From NCBI GenBank assembly GCA_000092065.1, contig CP000583.1: a stretch of 64,000 nt of DNA; one strand, 5' to 3'. Shown here one piece after another: positions 50,423-58,506 of the stretch. Numbering within the stretch: position 1 is the stretch's first letter; each line of letters begins with the position of its first letter. The position numbers were made by a program, and so were the translations under genes. Under the pieces are notes generated by a model. It was not told the DNA's origin. It did no database searches and was given only the letters and a program-made list of their open reading frames with translations. The stretch comes from Ostreococcus lucimarinus. Lineage: Eukaryota.

Positions 50423-51295
50423 ATGGCTCCTCAAATGTCCCAAAAAGAGGCCGACATCGCGATGATGCTCGCCGCCGGGTGCCACCTCGGGACGAAGAAC
50501 GTGGACTTCCAAATGGAGCGCTACGTGTGGAAGCGACGGGCCGACGGGATCCACATCATCAACCTCGGACGGACGTGGGATAAGCTCATGCTCGCCGCGC
50601 GCATCATCGTTGCGTGCGAAAACCCGCAGGATGTGATCTGCCAAGCGGCGCGCCCGTACGGTCAACGCGCGGTGTTGAAGTTTGCGCAATACACCGGTGC
50701 GAAAGCCATCGCGGGTCGTCACACGCCGGGGACGTACACGAACCAAAAGGACGCGATTTTCGCGGAACCGCGCGTGTTGATCGTCACCGATCCGCGCACG
50801 GATGCGCAGCCTATTTCTGAGACCGCGTACGTCAACTTGCCGACGATTGCGTTCTGCGACACGGATTCTCCGTTGAAGAACGTCGACGTCGCCATTCCGG
50901 CGAACAACAAGGCGAAGCACTCGATCGGTTGCTTGTACTACTTGCTCGCGCGCATGGTTTTGCAAATGCGAGGCACGGTCTCCGCGGCGAACCCGTGGGA
51001 CGTGATGGTGGATTTGTTCTTCTACCGCGATCCGGAGGAGCTCGAGGCCAAGGAAGAGGAAGCCGCCGCCGCGGCGGCGGCTCCGGCGGAATCCGCGGGT
51101 TACAACGCCGTTGCGGACGCCGCGTACGGCGCCGAGTCTTGGGACGAGCAAAAGCCGGCCGAGGCGTTCCCGACGGGTGGTTTCGCTCCGGCTGCGGGTA
51201 ACTGGTCCGAGGCGCCCGCGCCCACGGGCTGGGATGCTCAGCAAGGTGGTGACTTTGGCTCTGGCTTTGGCGCGATGCCGCCGCAAGGCTACTAA
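50423..51295 (+). CDS. RPSA: 40S ribosomal protein SA (uS2; laminin-receptor homolog)
   Basis: [55 protein letters not shown] near-identical to eukaryotic RPSA; acidic C-terminal tail. Confidence 0.9.
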   Translation: MAPQMSQKEADIAMMLAAGCHLGTKNVDFQMERYVWKRRADGIHIINLGRTWDKLMLAARIIVACENPQDVICQAARPYGQRAVLKFAQYTGAKAIAGRHTPGTYTNQKDAIFAEPRVLIVTDPRTDAQPISETAYVNLPTIAFCDTDSPLKNVDVAIPANNKAKHSIGCLYYLLARMVLQMRGTVSAANPWDVMVDLFFYRDPEELEAKEEEAAAAAAAPAESAGYNAVADAAYGAESWDEQKPAEAFPTGGFAPAAGNWSEAPAPTGWDAQQGGDFGSGFGAMPPQGY

Positions 51296-51538
51296 GTCTT
51301 CGTTTGAATGCGAAAGTCATTCTTTCGGTGAAGCGCGCCGTCGTCTCGACGGCGACGCGCGGCACACGAGCTCGTTTGGTTGGTGATACACGCGGCATCT
51401 AATTTCTAGGCGGCGGAATAGCCAGCGCGAGCTAACATAACACGTTTTTGTAGTACGAACGTAGTTTTCTTCACAACGACGTCCCTCGCCGACGCGCCGA
51501 CTCTAATCGATCGCTAACCGATCTCTACCCACACAAAC

Positions 51539-51964
51539 CTACCCTCGCTCGTTCACCGACCGCGCGATATCCGCGATCGCCACGTCGAACAACTCACACC
51601 GCACCGGCATCTCCACCTCGTAAAACGGATTCTTCAGCGCGTAGTCGCAGTACGCCCGGTGCGTCCTTCGCAGCGTCCCGCTCGCGTCCGCGCTCCCTTT
51701 CGTCATCGTCACGAATATCTTCATCCCCGTCTCCGCTTGAAAGCAATACAAATCAAACGTATCGCACTCCAGGCTCTCTATCCCCGCGCACCCCGTCACC
51801 GGCGCCACCTTCCTCGAGATCGCGTGCAGCGAGTGCCACACGCTCGCCAGGCGCAGGCACGCGTTCGCGTCCAGCGTCGGCGCGTCCTCGCGCAGCGCGC
51901 GGTGATAGATCAGTCCCCCGGACTTGTTCACGAGCCACACCGCGAGGAGCTTCCCGGTCGCCAT
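51539..51964 (-). CDS. BET5: TRAPP complex subunit 1 (Bet5/TRAPPC1, sybindin-like)
   Basis: 141 aa from MATGKLLAVWLVNKSGGLIY; alignable blocks LYCFQAETGMKIFVTMT and KNPFYEVEMPVRCELFD to TRAPPC1. Confidence 0.7.
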   Translation of the reverse strand: MATGKLLAVWLVNKSGGLIYHRALREDAPTLDANACLRLASVWHSLHAISRKVAPVTGCAGIESLECDTFDLYCFQAETGMKIFVTMTKGSADASGTLRRTHRAYCDYALKNPFYEVEMPVRCELFDVAIADIARSVNERG

Positions 51965-52158
51965 CGGTCCGCGCGCCGTCGTCGAGCGCGTCGCGCGCGC
52001 GTCGCGCGCTGGGGCGACCGCGGCGACCGACCGCGAATCCGCGCGGATCCGCGGCGCGCGAAAAACCCGCGTGTGCGCCGCCGTCGACGGCGACGGTTGC
52101 CACACGCGCGCGCGACGAGGCGCGACGACGCGCGAGCGACGACGCGCGGGCGAACGCG

Positions 52159-53439
52159 ATGACGGGCGCGATCGATGCGATGACGCGAGCGACGGCGCGC
52201 GCGGTGACGCCGACGACGGGAAGCGCGACGCGAAGGATGCGATCGGGACGCGCGATGCGCTTTTTGAATCGACCGCGCGACGACGCGGGCGCGAACGAGA
52301 CGCGAGGAGGGCGCGCGGTGGCGCGCGCGGGCGCGAGACCGGGCGCGGGGAATCGGTTGTATAACTTTTCGGCGGGACCGGCGACGCTGCCGTTGGACGT
52401 GCTCGAGGAGATTCAACGGGACTTGGTCGATTATAAGGGCAGCGGGATGAGCGTGCTGGAGATGTCGCATCGAGGGAAGGATTACATGGCGATCGCGGAG
52501 AAGGCGGAGAAGGATCTGCGAGAGTTGGTTGGAATTCCTGATAACTATAAGGTGCTGTTTTTGCAAGGCGGGGCGTCGACGATGATGGCGTCTAACTGCC
52601 ATAACTTGGCGGCGGCGACGGACAGCGCGGATTTCGTCGTCACCGGGGCGTGGAGCGTCAAGGCGCAAAAAGAAGGGGCGAAGATGCTCGCGAAGGCGAA
52701 TGTGATCGCGTCGTCTAAGGATCAGTCGTTCACGACGATTCCGGACGTTAAGGACTGGAAATTCACCGAAGGATCCAAGTTTGTCCACATCTGCTCCAAC
52801 GAAACCATCGGCGGCGTCGAGTTCAAGGAAGTCCCGGACGTGGGCAACCGCGTGCTCGTCGCGGACATGTCTTCCAACTACTTGTCCAAGCCGATTGAAG
52901 TTGAAAAGTACGGTATCATTTACGGTGGCGTGCAAAAGAACATCGGTCCGGCGGGCATGGGTATCGCCATCGTTCGCGAAGATTTGATGGGCAACACTCG
53001 CGCGGATACCCCGTCCATGTTCGATTACAAGCTCATGGCTGACAACGACTCCATGTACAACACCCCGCCGTGCTTTACGTGGTACGTCTCTGGTCTCGTC
53101 TTCGCCAAGCTTCTCAAGGATGGTGGTCTCAAGGCGATGGAGCAGCGCAACATCGAAAAGGCGAATGTTTTGTACGGCGCCATCGACGGGAGCGGCGGCT
53201 ACTACGTCTCCCCGGTTGACACCAAGTACCGTTCCTTGATGAACGTCCCTTTCACCTTGGCAGGAGGTGAAGAATTGGAAAAGAAGTTCCTCGCCGAAGC
53301 CAAGGCTGAGGGCTTCGAGGCGCTCAAGGGTCACCGCTCCGTTGGAGGCGCGCGCGCGTCCATTTACAACGCCATGCCCAAGGAAGGCGTCGAAGCGCTC
53401 GTGTCCTTCATGAAGGATTTCCAAGCTCGCAACGCGTGA
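52159..53439 (+). CDS. PSAT: Phosphoserine aminotransferase (SerC/PSAT) with transit peptide
   Basis: NFSAGPATLPLDVLEEIQRDLVDYKGSGMSVLEMSHRGKDY.. and PLP-lysine region; ATG at 52159. Confidence 0.9.
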   Translation: MTGAIDAMTRATARAVTPTTGSATRRMRSGRAMRFLNRPRDDAGANETRGGRAVARAGARPGAGNRLYNFSAGPATLPLDVLEEIQRDLVDYKGSGMSVLEMSHRGKDYMAIAEKAEKDLRELVGIPDNYKVLFLQGGASTMMASNCHNLAAATDSADFVVTGAWSVKAQKEGAKMLAKANVIASSKDQSFTTIPDVKDWKFTEGSKFVHICSNETIGGVEFKEVPDVGNRVLVADMSSNYLSKPIEVEKYGIIYGGVQKNIGPAGMGIAIVREDLMGNTRADTPSMFDYKLMADNDSMYNTPPCFTWYVSGLVFAKLLKDGGLKAMEQRNIEKANVLYGAIDGSGGYYVSPVDTKYRSLMNVPFTLAGGEELEKKFLAEAKAEGFEALKGHRSVGGARASIYNAMPKEGVEALVSFMKDFQARNA

Positions 53440-53471
53440 TTTACGAAGGATGAAATTTTGCTACAGATTAT

Positions 53472-54650
53472 CTAATACAACGCATCTACTTTAGTGCCAC
53501 GCACCCACCACGGTTCGAACGCTCGAATGATCGTGCCGCTCGGGCCGAGCGCGCAGTCGCGCTTGATGTGCATCTCTGAGGCTTGCAAACCGAGATATTC
53601 GCTCGGTTTCTGCACCCTCACCTCGCCATCGTCGCCCGGAGCGCGGTACAGCGTCTCACCTACCAAAGGAGCACTCAAAGCCGCGAATTGCGCGCGAATT
53701 TGATGCGTTCGTCCGGTTAAGAGTTCCACCTTTGTCTCCCATCGCGCCGGGGCGATGTTTTCGCTCTTCAACACTCGCAAAATACAGCGCTTCGGCCCAC
53801 TCACGCCTCCCCGCTCGCCACCACCGCGTTCTGCCGATCGTTCTATTTCACCATCGATGTCGTCGGTGTCGACCTTCGTCATGATCATCTTTCGCGGACC
53901 CTCGGTCGCCGGCTCGGCGTCGTGGATGTGAACGCCGCGAGGCACGGCGTTCTCCGTCAGCACGCGATACACCTTGGTGACGCTCCTGTCCGCCAACATA
54001 TCACCGAACTCCTTCGCAAAGGCACTCGTCGTACCGAGCACTAAAACCCCTTCCGTGCCGACGTCCAAGCGATGAATCGGCTTTAATGTTCCCTCCTTCA
54101 GACCCGCGGCGCGTTCGAGCATCGCCAGACACGATTCCTTGACGTTATCGACCGTCGGCACCACGCTCACGCCCGCCGGTTTATGCGCACAAACGTACCC
54201 CTCACCCACTTTCAACACGCACGCCTTCCAATCGACCGCGAACGCCGCCGGAAACCGCTTCGGTTGCACGTGAACGCGAAGATAGTTGCCCGCCCGCAGC
54301 GGCGCATCCGCGTCGCGAGGCGACAACCGCCTCGCGCGCGCCGTTCTCGGCACCCCTCTCAGTTCCCTCGGCGGCTGCGCCGTCGCGAACCACACCGCAC
54401 CGATGTCCAACAACTCTTCGGCGTACGTCTCGTCCACGCCCTCGTCCCCGAGCGTCTTCGCGAGGTATTTCGTCACCGTCAGCGCCGTCCCGGTCCCGCC
54501 GTCGTCGTCCACGACCAGGTGCGCCACTTTCGCCGGCAGAGGCTCGGCGAGAGGAAACAACCGCAGCGCGCACGCGCGCGCCGACATCGTCGCCCTCGAC
54601 GCGCGTCGCAAAGCCACCGTCGCGCGTCGCAAGGCCAGCGCGATGCGCAT
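53472..54650 (-). CDS. RluA-family RNA pseudouridine synthase
   Basis: Catalytic HRLDVGTEGVLVLGTTSAFAKEF (HRLD motif) and ENAVPRGVHIHD blocks; probable ATG (MRIALALRRA) at ~54650; the ORF-track N-terminal ~230 aa up to 55349 are antisense of RsmE and not coding. Confidence 0.75.
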   Translation of the reverse strand: MRIALALRRATVALRRASRATMSARACALRLFPLAEPLPAKVAHLVVDDDGGTGTALTVTKYLAKTLGDEGVDETYAEELLDIGAVWFATAQPPRELRGVPRTARARRLSPRDADAPLRAGNYLRVHVQPKRFPAAFAVDWKACVLKVGEGYVCAHKPAGVSVVPTVDNVKESCLAMLERAAGLKEGTLKPIHRLDVGTEGVLVLGTTSAFAKEFGDMLADRSVTKVYRVLTENAVPRGVHIHDAEPATEGPRKMIMTKVDTDDIDGEIERSAERGGGERGGVSGPKRCILRVLKSENIAPARWETKVELLTGRTHQIRAQFAALSAPLVGETLYRAPGDDGEVRVQKPSEYLGLQASEMHIKRDCALGPSGTIIRAFEPWWVRGTKVDALY

Positions 54651-54746
54651 GGGACAAAAAGTGCTTTTCCGCAAATGTTCGCGCGCGCGAATGACGCGCT
54701 GACGCGAGCGCCGCCGGCGCGAAAGCGCGTCGAACGATGCGTGACG

Positions 54747-55580
54747 ATGCGTAATCGCATTCTCTTCGAGCGCGCCGAGATCGACGCCCGAACGCGGACG
54801 GTGACGCTGCGCGCGGACGACGCGCGCGCGACGCACGCGCGAGAGGTGCTGCGAAGCGACGTCGGCGACCACGTGCGCGCGGGAACGATCGACGTCGGCG
54901 CGTGCGAGGCGACGATCGCGACGATGGATGATGATGAAATCGTGCTGAAGCTCGGAGACGACGCGCGCGGACGCGGGAGGCCGGAGATCGACTTGTTGCT
55001 CGCGACGCCGCGGCCTAAAGTTTTGAGGCGGCTGTGGGCGCCGCTCGCGTCGCTGGGCCTCGGTCGTGTCGTGCTGGCGAACGCGCAAAAGGTGGAGCGA
55101 TATTACTTTGATAGTAAAGCGTTGGACGCAGAGACGATTCGTGGGGAGATATTGCGCGGTTTGGAGCAGGCGGGGGATTTTTTGGTGCCGCAAGTGGGCG
55201 TGGCGATGCGGTTGCCGCCGGTCGTGGACCGGTTGAAGGGCGCTTTGGGGAATTCGAGCGTCACGAATGGGTTCGAGTGGTTGTTGGATGGACCACGTGA
55301 GCTCGGTTGGGATGAGTTCGACGCGGCCGATGTGCGCTTGCTGGCGCATCCAGGGGATTCTGGGACGAGCGTGGCGGAAGCGTTGGAGGGCGTCGACGCG
55401 CGGCGCTCGCGCGTGCTCATCGCCGTCGGACCCGAGGGCGGATGGACGGATTATGAGCTCGATTTATTCGAGGGCGCCGGGTTCAAGCGCGTTGGCCTAG
55501 GAACGAGAACATTTACCACGGACGTGGCGTGTATCTCGCTCGTGAGCGCGGTTCGAGAGCGGTTGCAGTCGTGGTCGTGA
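54747..55580 (+). CDS. rsmE: 16S rRNA (uracil-N3)-methyltransferase RsmE family (SPOUT fold)
   Basis: MRNRILFE.. PUA-like N-terminus and C-terminal LIAVGPEGGWTDYELDLFEGAGFKRVGLGTRTFTTDVACISLVS SPOUT motif. Confidence 0.8.
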   Translation: MRNRILFERAEIDARTRTVTLRADDARATHAREVLRSDVGDHVRAGTIDVGACEATIATMDDDEIVLKLGDDARGRGRPEIDLLLATPRPKVLRRLWAPLASLGLGRVVLANAQKVERYYFDSKALDAETIRGEILRGLEQAGDFLVPQVGVAMRLPPVVDRLKGALGNSSVTNGFEWLLDGPRELGWDEFDAADVRLLAHPGDSGTSVAEALEGVDARRSRVLIAVGPEGGWTDYELDLFEGAGFKRVGLGTRTFTTDVACISLVSAVRERLQSWS

Positions 55581-55624
55581 AATGACTAGAATTGACGACT
55601 ACAAATTAGATAGCGCACTTAGGC

Positions 55625-56380
55625 TTAGGACATCGAAAAGACGATGTACAGCGTGTAAAGCATCATGCAAGGATACGTCACGATCATGCGTTTGCCCTCC
55701 GACTGCGGCATCGCCTGTATCAACCCCACGCTCGCCTTTCTCGAGCTCCACGTCACGCAGAGCACCGCGAGCGCCTTGCTCAACATCCCAGTTTTCGAAG
55801 GTAAAAACAGCACGATCCCACTGTACCCCACCACGGGCAGCAGCGCGTAGCCTAAAATACTCCCGCACCGGTTCAACCCGATCCCTTCCCCTCCGCCGAT
55901 GATTTGGTTCAACAACCAGTACATCCCGAGCGACGCGAGCGTGCTCCAACCCAAAATGTACCCAAAGTGCAACTTCCCCGCCAGTAAGTTACACGCGCCC
56001 ATGACGAGACAAAACAACAGCGGTCCCGCGAGATCTTCATCCGTGCTATCCTCGACCCTGAACGGATGCATCACACCCATCGTCCGACGATAAATCTGCT
56101 TCGGATCCACGCCGAGTTCCTCGAGCAACGGCACCTCGTCCTCGACGTGCGCGTACGACCCTCCCACGTCGCCGTCGCGCGCCCCGAACCCGAACCCACC
56201 GCCCTGGTGTCCCGAGCCGTGTCCACCACCCCCCCCGTACCCGTGCGAGCCCGAACTCGTCGCTCGCGGCGCGTACGCGTCGTAGTTCGGGTACGCCTGC
56301 GCGCGATTAAAATCCATAAACTGCATGTTCGCGTTCGCGCCCTGCGCGCCCTGCGGCATCGGTCGCGGTATGTCCGCCAT
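55625..56380 (-). CDS. YIP1: Yip1-domain (YIPF/YIF1-type) Golgi membrane protein
   Basis: Gly-rich N-terminus then EEPLLEELGVD..GPLLFCLVMGACNLLAGKLHFGYILGWS.. multi-TM Yip1 domain; start MADIPRPMPQ ~56380. Confidence 0.75.
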   Translation of the reverse strand: MADIPRPMPQGAQGANANMQFMDFNRAQAYPNYDAYAPRATSSGSHGYGGGGGHGSGHQGGGFGFGARDGDVGGSYAHVEDEVPLLEELGVDPKQIYRRTMGVMHPFRVEDSTDEDLAGPLLFCLVMGACNLLAGKLHFGYILGWSTLASLGMYWLLNQIIGGGEGIGLNRCGSILGYALLPVVGYSGIVLFLPSKTGMLSKALAVLCVTWSSRKASVGLIQAMPQSEGKRMIVTYPCMMLYTLYIVFSMS

Positions 56381-56587
56381 ATCTCGCCGTTCCGTCGCGC
56401 GCGCGTCCGCGTCGCCCGAGACGCGCGTCGCGGTCGCCCGTCGCGCGTCGCGGTGCGTCGCCAACGGGACGCGGCGCGCGCGTCTCGGGCGACGCGAGTC
56501 TCACACACGGACCACGACGCCCGCGACCGCGCGCGGTCTCCTCGCGACCCGCGCGCGCGTTCTCTTCGCGACGCGCGCGACGCGAAC

Positions 56588-56590
56588 ATG
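56588..56590 (+). CDS. RPL39: 60S ribosomal protein L39 (eL39) exon 1: ATG only
   Basis: Only ATG immediately followed by the consensus donor GTGCGTG within 400 bp upstream of exon 2; needed to give the conserved MPSNKTF N-terminus. Confidence 0.45.
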
Positions 56591-56962
56591 GTGCGTGACC
56601 TCGAGCGAGCGACGAAAGACGACGCGAGCGCGAACGACGCGCGCGCCGGTGGCGCGCGACGGCCGGGACGCGCGTCGGGCGGACGCGCGCGGACGGAACG
56701 ACCGCGGACGAGACGCGGCGATCGCGACGACGCGCGCGCGCGTTCGAGGGCGGTCGCGCGCGATGCGATCGTCGCGCGCGCGGTCGGCGCGCGCGGATGA
56801 AGGGTGGATATCGTGAATTCGACGCCGGCGCGGCGCGCGGCGGCGACGGCGGCGGTGGGAGGGCGACGGGCGGGCGATGGGGGGGCGCGGCGCAAGCCCT
56901 AGAGTCGACGACGGCGCGAACGCGACGCGCGGAGGACTGACCGAGACGTTTTATCGACGCAG

Positions 56963-57066
56963 CCGTCCAACAAGACTTTCAAGGTGAAGAAGATTTTGGG
57001 GAAGAAGCAAAAGCAAAACCGCCCGCTTCCCCAATGGATCCGCATGCGCACGGGTAACACCATTCG
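56963..57066 (+). CDS. RPL39: RPL39 exon 2: [34 protein letters not shown](R)
   Basis: Matches eL39 (Arabidopsis [51 protein letters not shown]); acceptor GACGCAG| with branch GGACTGACCGAG; donor CG|GTACGTACG. Confidence 0.85.
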
Positions 57067-57194
57067 GTACGTACGCGTTTAGGTTTTTTCGCGCGACGAG
57101 CGCCGACGAGTCGCGCGAACGACGCGATCGATGACGCGATTTTGACGACGACGACGCGCGAGTACTGACGATGATGATGTGTTCGTACGCGCAG

Positions 57195-57243
57195 CTACAA
57201 CGCGAAGCGTCGACACTGGAGACGCACCAAGCTCAACTTGTAA
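57195..57243 (+). CDS. RPL39: RPL39 exon 3: (R)[15 protein letters not shown]
   Basis: Acceptor CGCGCAG|C, branch AGTACTGACGATG; total CDS 3+104+49 nt = 51 aa + stop. Confidence 0.85.
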
Positions 57244-57591
57244 GCGAGCGCGGTGGGATTTGTGTAGACGAACGAGCAGAGTCGTGTTCGACGTCGGCGC
57301 TCTCGAGCGGAATAGCGTTCTGTAGTGGAACTCGCGCGAGGGCACGAACGGAGATGAGACGAACATCGCACGTAACTTAGCGATTTAAGAAGCAGAATTA
57401 GTTCTTCCTCATCGCGTCGCGCGACGCCGACGCGTCCGCCCGCCCGCGCCGTCGTCTCGTCCCCCGAACGCGCCCTCGCGCGCGCGACGACGTCACGACG
57501 CGCGCGCGACCGCACTCCCATCACTCGCAGTATTATTTCGTATTATTTCAATCTTCATCCATCGCGATCCCGCTTCGCGCGCGATCTCGTC

Positions 57592-57924
57592 TCAACCGTC
57601 GGCGCCTTCGCTCGCGCATCCGTCCCCCTCCCGCGTCGACGTCGCGTCCCCCTCGCGCGCGCCTCGCTCGTCCGGTTCCCTCGCGCTGTCCTCCGTCGTC
57701 CCCTCCCCCATCGCGCGCCCCTCGCTCCTCGTCGCCGCCGTCCCGCCCGCGTCCCGCCGCCGCGCCTCCTCCGCGCTCTTCCGCATCGCCCAATCCGCGC
57801 TGTCGAAGTGTTTCACGTCCGTCGCGATCAACCGCGGTTTCGGTCGCAGATCGTCGCCGTACTTCGCCCTGAACGCGCGCTCCGCCTCCGTCGCCGCCGT
57901 CGCCGCCGTCGCCTCCCGCGCCAT
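57592..57924 (-). CDS. ENSA: Endosulfine/ARPP-19-like (ENSA family) small phosphoprotein
   Basis: MAREATAATAATEAERAFRAKYGDDLRPKPRLIATDVKHFDSADWAMRKS carries the ENSA-family FDSGDY-type Greatwall-site motif (here FDSADW) with upstream AKY and basic stretch; lies in the 3' part of a long antisense artefact ORF. Confidence 0.5.
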   Translation of the reverse strand: MAREATAATAATEAERAFRAKYGDDLRPKPRLIATDVKHFDSADWAMRKSAEEARRRDAGGTAATRSEGRAMGEGTTEDSAREPDERGAREGDATSTREGDGCASEGADG

Positions 57925-58506
57925 GTCGCGCGTCGCGCGATGCGCGCGATCGCGCGACGCGCGCGCGGCGCCATCCGACGTGGCGGGGCGCGCGCGACGG
58001 ATTCGCGCCGCGCGACTGTTTGCGCATACGACAGAGGGTTCGTCTCGAGTCGCGAACGGTCGACGCACGCGCTCGCGCCGGCGCGCGCGAAACGACGAAT
58101 CGTGACTCGTGACTCGATAAACGACGAATCGTGACTCACGACTCGATGGCCGGCGTCCATACGTACCCCCCGACTCTTGAGTCACGATCGGTCGTTTCAC
58201 AACCCTCGACACGAGGCTCGAATCCGCCGGCGTCGACGTCCGCGCGCGACGCGCGACCGACCGCGCGCGCGACGCGAGATCGCGGCGCGTTCGCGCGACG
58301 AGCGACGCGCTCGAGCGCGTCGACGTCGGCGTCGCGCGCCGAGCGAAAGCGCCGCGCGCGCGCGCGAACGCGGCGACGCGACGGACGCGAATCATCGATC
58401 GCGGGCGTCGATCGCGCGATTCGTCGCGGCGATCGATCGACCGATCGCGGGCGCGGACGCGCGCGAAGACGCGCGGGAGGGCGCACGCGCGGGCGCGGGA
58501 CGCGGG

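Noticed and set aside
53500-53520. GGTTCGAAC T-loop-like motif suggesting a tRNA
   Set aside because: There is no acceptor-stem or anticodon-arm complementarity around it, and it lies inside the pseudouridine-synthase coding sequence.
54651-55349. N-terminal ~230 aa of the 625-aa pseudouridine-synthase ORF
   Set aside because: They are antisense to the well-supported RsmE gene and are Arg/His/Gln-rich junk. The real start is at ~54650.
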